Of a stretch of DNA of 44,849 nt, positions 23,553-35,659 are shown piece after piece (position 1 is the stretch's first letter; the number at the start of each line of letters is the position of its first letter). The notes below the pieces were generated by a model. It saw only the letters and a program-made list of their open reading frames with translations, searched no databases and had not been told where the DNA came from. Source of the stretch: Octopus bimaculoides (lineage: Eukaryota); the NCBI RefSeq assembly GCF_001194135.2, contig NC_068982.1:35664001-35708849 (forward strand). The letters run 5' to 3'. Position numbers and translations under genes: made by a program.

Positions 23553-25497
23553 CAATGTGTGTGTGTGTGTGCGTATGTAATTTTAAGGTAAGAGAAAGCA
23601 TTACTGGGTATTTCTCGCAAAATCCTTGGAGTTGCTTCTTTTTGAGTCTATCTTGTCAAACAAATAAAGCCTCTGCTTGGAAGTTGTAAAAGAAGTTACA
23701 AGCATTTACACTGGTCCTCACTCAATAATTACATACACACACATATATATTTGACATAAACATGTACATACATATTGACTGAAATAACCTCTTGGTCTTA
23801 CAATCATTTATAGTATGATTATTTAAGGTAAAAGTAATTTTAAAGTTCACATCTGTCAGCATATTCATTTCATTTAAAATTTCTTTCTTAAAGATGGCTT
23901 CTATTACATTCTGTAATATTCCCTGTAAGGATCTGGATCAAATCTAGTTCATAGACTTCATAGTTGTTTTTGTAATTCGTATATGCAGTAAACTATACTG
24001 TTTGATGATTCAATTTTGTCAAATTATTTCTTTCCCATTGCAATTTCCTCTTTCCTGCACTTGTGTTACCTGTAGCAGTTATCAATTCTTTCCTCATGCA
24101 ATGTAGTCATTACTTTGAATTACATAATCCATTTAATAGCTTAACTTTAGTTAAAACACATTGACTCCATTAGAATCTGAAGGATAATTTATTAATGTAT
24201 TTTATATAACCAAATAGAAAACATGTTGAAAATTTTTGGAGTCCATACTAAATTATTCTCTGAACATATTTTTCACAATTCTTGAATTAACAAAAATAAA
24301 ACAAAAAATGAAATTCAAATTTATAAAAGTTGAAATTTGACACAGTTTTATGGGGAATGTCTTGTCAATACAAAAAAATGTACAAAAATGAATCCTTGAC
24401 AAATCATTGGCATCCAATGACTTAGCAGTTACCAAGGCACACAGCAGTCCCTAATAGCTTTCGGTGAGTACATCTTTTTATAATTCCTTTCTGCACCATT
24501 TCTAACCTTACCTCCAACCAACTGCTTTTCCTTTTTCTGATTGATTCCTCTTGCTGTGCATTTCATACTTTAAGCCATTAACGGCTGACTAGGATTAACA
24601 GAAGGAAATAACTTTAATTGTTAAGTTATATAGAGTTAGCATAAGACATTAACAGCATCTAACCAACCTCCTCTATGTTGGCTTTGAAGACAAAAACAAA
24701 CATTCTTCCTATTGCACCTTGTTTTGCCTAAACTAGTCCCTTTCAGTATCATACATTCAAATCAGCATGCTATCCACTTTAGTAAATAGTTTTTCATGAA
24801 TATTCTTTAGCAAGCTTTTTAATGAACATTCCTGCATGCACAATTTAGAGCATCTTTGAGGACCAAGCCCAAAATCTTCTGTTTTCTTTACCTGGAGATG
24901 TTTGAAATCTCAACACCTTTAGTAATTCTCCAGTGCCAGAGAAATATATATATATATTTTTAATTATTATAAGGAAAGAGCAGAAGGATTTAATTTGGTT
25001 CAAAGTTTAGCCTCAAACTTCTATCATTGCTGTTTTTAATCTGTTGTCATTGAACCTGTTGGGATTAGCTTCTTCCTTAATCTCTAACCAAACTATTAAC
25101 TTGGACATTGTTTAACTGTTTCATACCATTGTATAAAACTCAGAGTGAACAACTACATGACTTATTGCATCCTGTTTTTAATATTAAATAACCAATTCTC
25201 ATGCATGTTGCCAGAGTTTTTGTAAGAAAACTTGATCTAACTACATTTGTTTACCTTTCCTTATTTGCTGCTTCTTTGAAATTTGCCAGTTCTTTCCCAC
25301 TTTCCCACACTTCATGATTTCATTTTCCTTTCTCTCTTGGTTCTGTTTTCTTCTCTCTGTTTTGGTTCAATTTCTTTTTCTCACTTGATTGTGTTTTTCT
25401 CTTATTTCTGTTTTTGCTCATTTTACTCTTTTCTGTTCTTCTTGTTCTCCCGCCTCTCTCCCCTGTCTCTCTCTCTTTCTATCTATCTATTTATCTG

Positions 25498-25540
<43 letters not shown>

Positions 25541-26253
25541 NNNNNNNNNNNNNNNNNNNNNNNNNNNNNNNNNNNNNNNNNNNNNNNNNNNNNNNNNNNN
25601 NNNNNNNNNNNNNNNNNNNNNNNNNNNNNNNNNNNNNNNNNNNNNNNNNNNNNNNNNNNNNNNNNNNNNNNNNNNNNNNNNNNNNNNNNNNNNNNNNNNN
25701 NNNNNNNNNNNNNNNNNNNNNNNNNNNNNNNNNNNNNNNNNNNNNNNNNNNNNNNNNNNNNNNNNNNNNNNNNNNNNNNNNNNNNNNNNNNNNNNNNNNN
25801 NNNNNNNNNNNNNNNNNNNNNNNNNNNNNNNNNNNNNNNNNNNNNNNNNNNNNNNNNNNNNNNNNNNNNNNNNNNNNNNNNNNNNNNNNNNNNNNNNNNN
25901 NNNNNNNNNNNNNNNNNNNNNNNNNNNNNNNNNNNNNNNNNNNNNNNNNNNNNNNNNNNNNNNNNNNNNNNNNNNNNNNNNNNNNNNNNNNNNNNNNNNN
26001 NNNNNNNNNNNNNNNNNNNNNNNNNNNNNNNNNNNNNNNNNNNNNNNNNNNNNNNNNNNNNNNNNNNNNNNNNNNNNNNNNNNNNNNNNNNNNNNNNNNN
26101 NNNNNNNNNNNNNNNNNNNNNNNNNNNNNNNNNNNNNNNNNNNNNNNNNNNNNNNNNNNNNNNNNNNNNNNNNNNNNNNNNNNNNNNNNNNNNNNNNNNN
26201 NNNNNNNNNNNNNNNNNNNNNNNNNNNNNNNNNNNNNNNNNNNNNNNNNNNNN

Positions 26254-27327
26254 GGATATCGACTCCTTACTTGTTTTTATAAAATGCACCATAAATGTTC
26301 AATAATATTGAGATCTGGAGACTGTGGTGGCCAGATAAGATGTTCAACTTCACTAGAATGTTCTTCGTGCCATTCAGTAACAACTTTAGGTGTGTGAATT
26401 GGTGCATTATCATCCTGAAAGATTGCGTTTTTCCCCGGAAACAGTTCCACAACCATAGGATGAATTTGATCAAATAAAATGCTTAAATAGTCTTCACTAT
26501 TAATTCTGCCATGAAGGGAAACCATTGGGCTGGCAGATTTCCAAGATATAGCCCCCGCCCCCAAATCATCACTGATCCTCCTCCATGTTTAACAGTTGGA
26601 AAAAGGCAGACTATCAAATGCTTCTTTTGATTGTCTCCAGACATATACTCAGCCAGTGGTTGGAAATAAGGTAAAGGATGACACATCTGAAGAAATAACA
26701 TTCTTCCACTGTTCTAGGGACAAAATCTGTAGGTTTTTACTCCACTCTAAATACTTTGCAACGTTTGTTTTGAAAGTAGTGGTTTTCTGATTGCAGCCCT
26801 CCCGTGAAATCCGGCTTTGTGCAGCTCATGGCGAACAGATTTTGTGGAAACTGGGTTCTCAAGGTAGTCATTAAGCTCTGCAGTAATTTTGAGAGCTGTA
26901 CTTTTGTGATGCTTTCTAACAATTTGCGTAAGAATCTGACAGTCCCTATCTGAAAGTTTTGGTTTTCTTCCGCAGTTTTGTTTCGCTGAGGAGGTTTTTC
27001 CCTCTTTCTCAAAGGCTGTCATTACTTTCGAGACAGTACTTCTTGATACACCAAACATTTTGGTTGTTTTCTTTGCACTACCACCTGCCATACGAGCACC
27101 AACAATTTGACCTCTTTGAAATTCCAATAGATCTGTCACTTTAATGAATTTTAATTACCTTTTTCTGATGATATCTGAAAAGAAACAGCAATTTTAGTAA
27201 AACATATTAAGCAACACAAATAATAAATCAAAAAACATAAAATAAACAAGCTTCTGATGGTTTTATAGATATTTTAAAATTATGATGCTTTGATGCTGGG
27301 TGTTTCCATTATTTTGTCCAACCCCTG
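26254..27327 (-). mobile_element. Tc1-like DNA transposon, DD36E (Incomer-type) transposase pseudogene; left end lost in gap
   Basis: TIR CAGGGGTTGGACAAAATAATGGAAACACC + TA at 27328; N-terminal ORF 26747-27139 (GRKPKLS, paired-like HTH); DVSSF, TVKHGGGSVMIWG, FQDDNAPIH...WPPQSPDLNIIE with 36 residues between D and E by manual count; stops and frameshifts. Confidence 0.92.
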
Positions 27328-27359
27328 TATATATATATAAATTTGTGTGTGTCTGTGTG

Positions 27360-27600
27360 GGTTTTCATTTTCTATTTCCCTCGCTAGCATGGGTTGGACA
27401 GTAATTTATTTGTAGCAGAATTTTACAACCTCTTCCTGTTGTCAACCCTTACCTGTTTTCCAAGTAAGGGATTTTTATTCCCCAGATAATCAAAATAGCA
27501 GACCAGCTCATTGTGATGCCAACATGAGATGTAAACATCATCATTTTGCTCAGCTGGCAACAAACATTACCATGAAATATCAACATCAGGCACATACATG
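27360..27600 (-). mobile_element. RTE-type 3' tail element (R2)
   Basis: CTCTTCCTGTTGTCAACCCTTACCTGTTTTCCAAGTAAGG shared with the 13.1 and 38.1 kb copies. Confidence 0.6.
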
Positions 27601-27634
<34 letters not shown>

Positions 27635-27769
27635 TACACACACACACTTTCTCACATGTATGCATGTATATACATACATGCACAACAAGTTTGACAAGTC
27701 AGCTATACAGCTAAGAGCATATATGCTGCATACGTATGTACCTCTGTATGTGTGGGTGTGAGTGTGTGT

Positions 27770-27960
27770 GTGTGTGTGTGTGTCCACCACCACCACTTGA
27801 CAACCTGTATTGGTTTGTTTATGTCTTATGACTTAGCAATTTAGCAATGGAGACTGACAGAATAAGTACTGGGGGTCAATTTGTTTGACTAAAACTCTTT
27901 AAAGTGAACCCCCTGCATGGCCACACTCCAATGACTGAAGCATGTAAAAGATAAAAGATA
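27770..27960 (+). mobile_element. SINE family E, 3' half after (GT)n
   Basis: CCACCACTTGACAACC...AATAAGTACTGGGGGTCAATTTG...AATGACTGAA...AAAAGATAAAAGA. Confidence 0.75.
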
Positions 27961-28124
27961 ATGAAGAAATATCATTAATTGTATGTAACAATACCATATC
28001 TTCATTTATTTCCTTGGTTTCTATACTAACGGCCAAATACCTTTTCAATATACATAAAATCAAAAGTCACAAAATCATGATTATTGTTGCCTTGATACAT
28101 AACTTTATGTGCCACATATAAAGC

Positions 28125-28365
28125 TCTCATGCTGGAGGAACATTAAAAGCACAGGTGCTAGTGCCACATAAAAAGCATTCGTGCTGGTGCTACATTAAAA
28201 GCACCCAGTACACTCTGTGGAGTGGCTGGTGTTAAGAAGGGCATCCAGCCATAGAAGCTATGCCAGAACAATGGAGCCTGGTGCAGACCCTGGCCTTACC
28301 AGCTCTGATCAAACTATACAGCCATGCCAGTATAGAAAACAGACATTTAATGATGATGATGATGT
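28125..28365 (+). mobile_element. RTE-type 3' tail element (R1)
   Basis: Tandem GTGCTAGTGCCACATAAAAAGCA-like units, then GGAGTGGCTGGTGTTAAGAAGGGCATCCAGCC, (GAT)n tail. Confidence 0.8.
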
Positions 28366-28764
28366 ATACTTTAGAAAGTTTTCTTGTATTATTTTTTGCA
28401 TTGTTAAGTCTTTAATCAACTGTCACTGACTCATAGCTGAAGTATTGAGATTGCTCTTTGCTGCATTTGCCAGATTCCAATTTTATTGTATTCCCACTGT
28501 ATTGCTATAATAATATTAATATCATCATTATTATCATTATTATATTATCATTTACATCTGATTCTCCATGCTGGCAAGGGTTGGGTAATTTTTCTGCAAC
28601 AGTGTTTTATGATTGAATGCACTTCCTGTTATCTTTTATGATACAATGTACCTATTCTAAAAAACTGGTATACAAACAGTAATATTCTATGTGTGTGTGT
28701 GTAAATACATACACACACACACACACACTTTAATAGTAATATTTTATTATTATTATTATTAAGA

Positions 28765-29205
28765 TAACAAGCTGGCAGAATCATTAGCATGCTGGACAAA
28801 ATGCTTAGCATTATTTCGCCTATTGCTATGTTCTGAGTTCAAATTTTGCTATGGTCGACTTTCATCCCTTCGGGGTTGATAAATTAAGTACTGGTGAAAC
28901 ACTGGAGTCAATGTAATCGACTAGTCCCCTCCCCCAAAATTTCAGGCCTTGTGCCTTTAATAGAAAGGATTATTATTATAATTAAGGTGGTGATCTGGCT
29001 GACTCCTTAAAATGTCAGAATATATATTCCTGCAGCATGTCTTCTAGCCTTTTGTGTTCTTAGTTCAAATTTTGCCAAAGTTGACTTTGTCTTTTATCCC
29101 TTTGGGAGTTAATAAAATAAGTACCAGTCTAGCACTGAATCCAATGTAATCCACTTACTGCCTCCCACTAAAATTTCAGGCCTTGTGCCAAAATTTGAAA
29201 CCTTT
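28765..29205 (+). mobile_element. Two head-to-tail family A SINEs
   Basis: Copies at about 28765-28975 and 28985-29205, both with the GAGTTCAAAT/TAGTTCAAAT B-box and CAAAATTTCAGGCCTTGTGCC or AAAATTTCAGGCCTTGTGCC. Confidence 0.85.
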
Positions 29206-29690
29206 ATTAACATTAATATTCTTGCTGTCTTTACATGTTGTCATTGGCTATTTTTCATGCCCAAGAATTTCAATTTCTTCCTCATTGATTGGTTCAATCA
29301 TGTTGATGGCATTGATGACCAAGAAAGCCAGTTCTTATGTAGAATAAGTGGAAACAAAGATTGCAAGAAAGAGATAGTGGCAGTTGTTGTTGCATTATCT
29401 TTTCTGTACATTTTCCAACTTATCTGTTTCTTTTGAGTTCTAAAATATCAGTTCTAGTAGTGATAGTGTGAAGACAGTTGGAGCAGTTTCCCACATTTTT
29501 GTCTCAATTTCAGCCATTTTGAAGCTTTTTTTTTTTGTCTTTATGCTTTTTTTTTTTAGCTGGTTTTAATAAGAGTGGGAAGGACATCATCCTCATCTAT
29601 TTTTTTTTTACCAGTGGTTAATATACTGAGGGAATATTTGACAAGGAAATCTCACTTCTTTTATTCTAACCTCATGTCCCAACAATCTTA

Positions 29691-29919
29691 TTTCTTTATT
29701 GCCCACAAGGGGCTAAACACAAAGGGGACAAACAAGAACAGACAAACGGATTAAGTCGATTGCATTGACCCCAGTGCGTAACTGGTACTTAATTTATCGA
29801 CCCCCAAAGGATGAAAGGCAAAGTCGACCTCGGCGGAATTTGAACTCAGAACGTAATGGCAGACGAAATACTGCTAAGCATTTCACCCGACATGCTAACG
29901 TTTCTGCCAGCTCGCTGCC
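29691..29919 (-). mobile_element. Young family A SINE with 14-bp target-site duplication
   Basis: TCCCAACAATCTTA at 29677-29690 and 29920-29933; CpGs intact. Confidence 0.92.
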
Positions 29920-30710
29920 TCCCAACAATCTTAGCCAGTATTTCATCATGGCTGATTTTATGCTTTGACTATAAACTTTTCCCAAGACACCATTGCTAGT
30001 TATATAGTTCTCTCACTTGATGGTTAGCATGAAGTAAAGCTTTTGTTGTCAGAGATGCTCCAGCTTTTTGATGCCCCAAAAATATATATATTTTAGCGCA
30101 CGCATGGTTGTATGGTTAAGACATTTGCTTCTCAACCACATGACTTTTGTTGTCAGTCCCATTGTGCAGTACTCCAGGCAAATGGCTTCTACAAGATCCA
30201 GGCTGACCAATGCTTATTATTATTTTTTATTTTTTTTGTGGTACTTTATCCAAAACTGTAGATGTATTCATTCCTTAAGGTAACCAAACTTACCTATTTC
30301 CAATGCTTCTTATGTGGTTCATGGTGTTTATCTTCTCTTCATAAACTCAAATCAAAACAATTGTAGTATTGTTTCTATCATGGAAATGCTAAAAGTATTT
30401 ATTTATGTCTTTACATTCTGAGTTCAAATCCTGCTGAGATCAATTCCATCACCCATACTCCGCCACTCCAAGTTTTTAATTTTAGCTAAAATTTAGAAAT
30501 AACAACTAGCCAATGACAAGTTAACCATTTATTGGTCTAACAACTTCAATTTTTTATTTTCTTCTCACTGCGATGTATCCATGCATATCCTCATGGTTAA
30601 ACTAAACAGGCATGCTAACTATTCACTATATTACTAGGAAACTACTATTCTATAAGTATATAAATTTTCATCTTCCAAATAAAGGATTACCCCATCATAG
30701 ATACAAATAT

Positions 30711-30750
<40 letters not shown>

Positions 30751-31914
30751 ATACATGCATACATATGTATGTATGAATGTTTATATGTTTGTATATGTAT
30801 CTGTAAACCAAATGCCAGTTAAGCATAATCAGATAACATGCTCTTATCTTATTGGTTCTCATTGTTTATGCATACTTCACATTTTATTAATTACTAGCCA
30901 TCATGTTAAGAAAACCTTTATCCTCTAAATGTTCATAACATATCCAGTAAGTCATATCTTTCAGTTTTCTCAAAGTCTTCAGAATTATTTCCATTGTTAA
31001 CACTTGGAATACTATCATACTGCTTACCTTTTGCATGTTGAGATAAAAAAACAATAATAGCCTGATGCAGTCTTTCTCTAAAATCTATTTACTTGTTTTA
31101 AAATTGCCATAAATCAATAACTTTTACTATAAATAACTCCATTTCTGGTCCCAAGTATTTGATTGAATTGACAAACCATTTCTTGGCTGCTACTCTCCTC
31201 ACCTCAACCTTGCAAGATGCTTAATTTTACAATCAGCCTTGGCAGTGCTTGAAATTGGAAGTTTTCTATCAGATTAGTCTCAGTGATACTAGTTTCTCTG
31301 TGTCCTCTGTCGGTTGCTTTGTACACACACTGCCAACCTTTTATTTGGCTTTTTATCATATATTGTATTAAATCACCTTCATGTTTTCTATTTTGTTATC
31401 CAAATTATTGTCAAAAATGAACATCCTGATCATTTGATGTCTAACAAGTAAAATTTTACAATATTCATTAATAAGAGATATTTTTTTCCTATGAATAAAA
31501 CCACTTCTAAATGTCCTTATTTTGTCGTCTGTTCAGATCAGTCCTGTTTGAAATACGTGATATGTTATCAGCTTATCACCAATTCATTCTGCATTTTGTT
31601 TTCGTTTTTTGATGGTGGGATTCATAACTGAACATAGTTAATTATAGAATTTAATATGACAGATCACGTGCAATACTGTAAATATCTAAAATGTTCTTGT
31701 ATGCAAGCATCAAATCAAAGAGGAAGGCATACAGAATAGGCTTTATGCTTGATATAGTTAATTAGGCAGGATATACACTAAATTCAACATAGTATTTAAA
31801 TTTTGTGAGTGCTTATGTCAAAAAAATAAGTTTCAAATGTTGTTTTACAAGAATGGATGAATGTATGTTTTTGGTTTTCTTGTATAATTGTATCACGGAG
31901 GTAATGACAAGTGA

Positions 31915-32280
31915 CTGAGACCTTCATGATATGCTGTGCTTGAGATAACTCATCAAGCCAAGTGAAACCGTAATCATGACTGTTGCCAGTGTCATGTAAA
32001 TGGCACCCATGAAATCATAGTCATGGCCATTACTGGTGTCATGTAAATGGCACCTGTGCTGGTGGCACATAACAAAAGCAGCCATTACACTTACGGAGTG
32101 GTTGGCATTAGGAAGGGCATCCAGCCATGGAAGCCATGTCAAATCAGACTGGAACCTGCTGCAGCTCTCCAGCTTACTAGTTCCAGTCAAACCATCTAAC
32201 CCATGCCAGCATAGAAAAGCAGACATTAAATGGTGGTGGCGGCAGCAGCAGTGGGGATGATGATGATGAAGAAGAAGCAA
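31915..32280 (+). mobile_element. RTE-type 3' tail element (R1) with subrepeats
   Basis: GTGTCATGTAAATGGCACC x2; GGAGTGGTTGGCATTAGGAAGGGCATCCAGCC; AACCCATGCCAGCAT; trinucleotide tail. Confidence 0.8.
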
Positions 32281-32810
32281 TTAGTTGATAGACTGTGCTG
32301 GCTATACAAAGATTGGTGAGTAGGGAATTACAGCAGAAAGGTTTAGGAACAAAGAGTTTGAGTGCAACTTATAGTAGAATCAATAGAGGAAACCAAAGGT
32401 CAGACATAAAGTAGAAGAAACCAGTTATGGAGATTAGACATGAAATGTAGAGAAGCTTAAAGCATGAAGATAGGGAAAAGCTTTAAGAAATCTTCTGCTA
32501 ATGTTGCTTTGTTTGCTACTAGACTAAAGAGTCCTCATTTCTCTACTTTGCCTCCAGTCATTCAATACTAATTTGTAATATCATACTAAGAACAAATACA
32601 CATCCATGTAATTGTCTTCATGTAAATTTTCAGACTCATCCAGGTCATATACAATGTATAATTCCCTATGTTATACAGATATGATTCTTGTGTAATCAAT
32701 GTTTTTTTTTTAATTTTCTCCATCAAATAGATAACATACATATATATATATACCGTCAGTAAATCATAAATCCAAAAGAGAAACACACTAAATTATAGAA
32801 CAGTAGAGTA

Positions 32811-32931
32811 ATTAGATAAAGATAATTATGGATGGTCTATGGGGTCTGAAGAAACGTTGTAAAGCTAAGTACTTTATGGATGTGAAACCCAGGGTAACCC
32901 CATAAACTAGTCATAACTATCTTTATCTAAT
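32811..32931. repeat. Foldback 5: 35-bp inverted repeat forming extended helix I of a hammerhead
   Basis: Arms 32811-32845 and 32897-32931, 30/35 identical; 32/35 pair on the + strand counting G-U. Confidence 0.9.
32838..32904 (+). ncRNA. Type-I hammerhead ribozyme (PLE-type), predicted cleavage after A32896
   Basis: tatggggt-CTGAAGA-a-acgttgtaaag ctaagta ctttatggatgt-GAAAC-ccagg-GTA-accccata. Perfect 8-bp stem I, all core residues present, near-palindromic stem III ACCCAGGGU; deviations are one extra nt after A9 and an A-U closing pair. Confidence 0.72.
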
Positions 32932-32932
32932 C

Positions 32933-32964
<32 letters not shown>

Positions 32965-32966
<2 letters not shown>

Positions 32967-33317
32967 TGGCACTCCATTGGTTACAACGATGAGGGTTCCA
33001 GTTGTTCCAATCAATGGAACAGCCTCTCATGAAATTAATGTGCAAGTGGCTGAGCACTCCACAGACACGTGTACCCTTAACATAGTTCTCACGGAGATTC
33101 AGCGTGACACAGAGTGTGACAAGGCTGGCTCTTTGAAATACAGGTACAACAGAAACAGGAAGAAAGAGTGAGAGAAAGTTGTGGTGAAAGAGTACAGCAG
33201 GGTTCACCACCTGCCCCTGCCGGAGCCTCATGGAGTTTTAGGTGATTGTGATTCCCGGTCTGAGAATCACAAACACCGCAAGTCCGCTGCCCTAACCATT
33301 GGCCATTGCACCTCCAC
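32965..33317 (-). mobile_element. Full-length tRNA-headed SINE (family B) inserted in (TA)n
   Basis: Head GTGGAGGTGCAATGGCCAATGGTTAGGGCAGCGG; tail shared with 8030-8190; (TA)n on both sides. Confidence 0.88.
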
Positions 33318-33348
<31 letters not shown>

Positions 33349-34386
33349 GAGTGTGGTGAATATATAGTGTTTTTTTTTTTCATTTGAACAAACTAGGGTA
33401 TCTACCACAGTATAGTTTGTTCTAATAGAACATCCATATTTAAGTGGCAACAAAAATTATATAGATTTACAATAACATAACCATACATGCACATCACACA
33501 CGTGTATGATTTATATCTATGGCTCTAATAGTGGAATATGTTTTATGCCATGAGGTAAAAGAAAAGTATAATGTTTTGGAGACTTGTCCAGAGAGAGAGG
33601 AAGATGAAAATAGAAGTCTTATTGCAAGGCTGCAAAATTGTGGAAAAGAAAATAAACAAAATCTCAAGAGGTCAATGTGGTGCAAGATCAGTAGAGCATC
33701 CTGGGTTACAAACTTCATGCAGCCATGCCTGCACCTACTTAGAGAGAGAGATACACAAAGAATCAATCAGAAACAAAGTCTGGTTACTTACAAATTAAAA
33801 ACATCATCAACACCAAATCATCAGATAAGATATTCTTTCATCCAGCCAAGCAGACACCAGTATGTTGTTACCAGATGGCTTAATCAGCAGAAAGTATACA
33901 TTTTCATAAGCTATACAAGGCTGTTTATATACAGTATGAATACTTGATACTGTGTAAAAAAAATCTGAAAATCAAATACATTTGTATTTGACCATCCGCT
34001 ACCATTCTTACAGTTTACTTCTTGGATATATTTCATAAAGCACTTTCCTTTGGTTTTTATTTTGTTCATGATAGCATGAGTTGGATAACATATTATTGAT
34101 GCATTGTTTTACAACCAGATACTGCAAATTAAGTCTGGAAATGAATAAACATTTAATCCTTAAATGTTAGTTCAACAAAATGTATTTTGTTTTACCTATC
34201 TCTATGCCCTTATATCTATCTATCTATCTATATNNNNNNNNNNNNNNNNNNNNNNNNNNNNNNNNNNNNNNNNNNNNNNNNNNNNNNNNNNNNNNNNNNN
34301 NNNNNNNNNNNNNNNNNNNNNNNNNNNNNNNNNNNNNNNNNNNNNNNNNNNNNNNNNNNNNATATATATATATATATATATATATA

Positions 34387-35622
34387 CAGGGTGTGTAAGA
34401 TATTTGAGGACAGATTTATGTCTATAACAAAACAGATATATAATAACAGATAATAACTTTATTTATCAAAAAATGCTATGAGGATAAAAATAAACCTTCT
34501 TATCTATAATGTTATTCAATAAAGCCACCTTCAGCTTCAACAACTGCTTCTATATGGGATCTAAATCATCTACATGCTTGAATCAAGTAGTCCTAATTCA
34601 TTTTGGATATTACTTTGACTACTGCAGTTTTCAAAGAATCTTTGGTATTATGGGCGTATTCATTGACCTCTCTCTCTCAACAACACTCCACATGTAATAG
34701 TACAATGGATTGGAGGTCAAATGTTAGGGGTTATGTGATTATGAAAATTTTCAGCCATCCATTCCTGTGTTACTAGAGCCATGTGGGATACTGAAACACA
34801 TATGGCCTTCCATTGCATACACCATCTATCCAGGGCTTAACAATTATTTCCAGGACTTCAATGTAGGCAACAGAGTTAACTTTAACCTTGTGGAAAGAAG
34901 TAAGGAGGTATCACATTGTCCTTCATTGCCGACAACCCCTAAAAGCATGACAGTTGCAGGAAATTTTGTATGCATAATTCTTGGAACTTTGAAGGGTTTG
35001 CACATAACCATGTGTCATTTCTTCTGTTAAGTTTTTGATCTTGGTCAAAGTTTTTCTCGTTTGAGAAAAACCAAATCACGTCTTCTTCTACTGGATTTTT
35101 CATTTTGATTAAGAGCCTTTTAGATCTGATGTAGTGATTTTCTTTTGCTTTTTCTGACAAACTAACTTCTCCTCATCATATAAGATTTATATCTGATGTC
35201 TTCGGGGACAACATTTCTGACTGTTCCTTTTGACACATGGAGATCTTTTGCAATTGACCTCATGGATTTTCTGGGATTGTAATCAATGATTTGTTGAATT
35301 TGCTGGATAAATTCAGGTGTTCTGATGATTTCAGAGCATTTAGAATGTTTTTTATGCTTTGGTACTGGTGATATGTTTCTATCTTCAGTCTCTGGCTCCT
35401 TACAAACTCTATAGATGAAAGATCTGGCAACTTTTAAAAATTGAGATGTTTCTAAATTGCTATGCTCAGCCTTTATAACCACAATAACAGCATGCCTCTT
35501 CATTTCTTGAGTAAGCTGAAGGTCTGCCATTATTATTTTCTAAAACAACGATTATACAGAGCTAGCAAAAAATGCAGCAATGACCCAAAAAAGGTATGTC
35601 CTCAAATACCTTTTGCACCCTG
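34387..35622 (-). mobile_element. Full-length mariner-like (maT/DD37D-type) transposon, dead
   Basis: TIRs CAGGGTG..AAG(A/G)TATTTGAGGACA at both ends, TA flanks; transposase 34512-35530: FFSNEKNFDQDQK, MHTKFPATVM, GRPYVFQ, PLYYYMW, EAEGGFIE*; stops and frameshifts. Confidence 0.92.

Positions 35623-35659
<37 letters not shown>

Noticed and set aside
23800-25250. Possible very decayed LINE RT on the minus strand (also about 29400-29450, 30900-31350, 32290-32500)
   Set aside because: Only fragmentary motif resemblance (AYxxx, KLENVQKR, IKYLG, RKPK); not supportable without a profile search.
33519-33947. 142-aa plus-strand ORF without gaps
   Set aside because: No recognisable domain and no convincing splice context; overlapping ORFs in other frames suggest chance.
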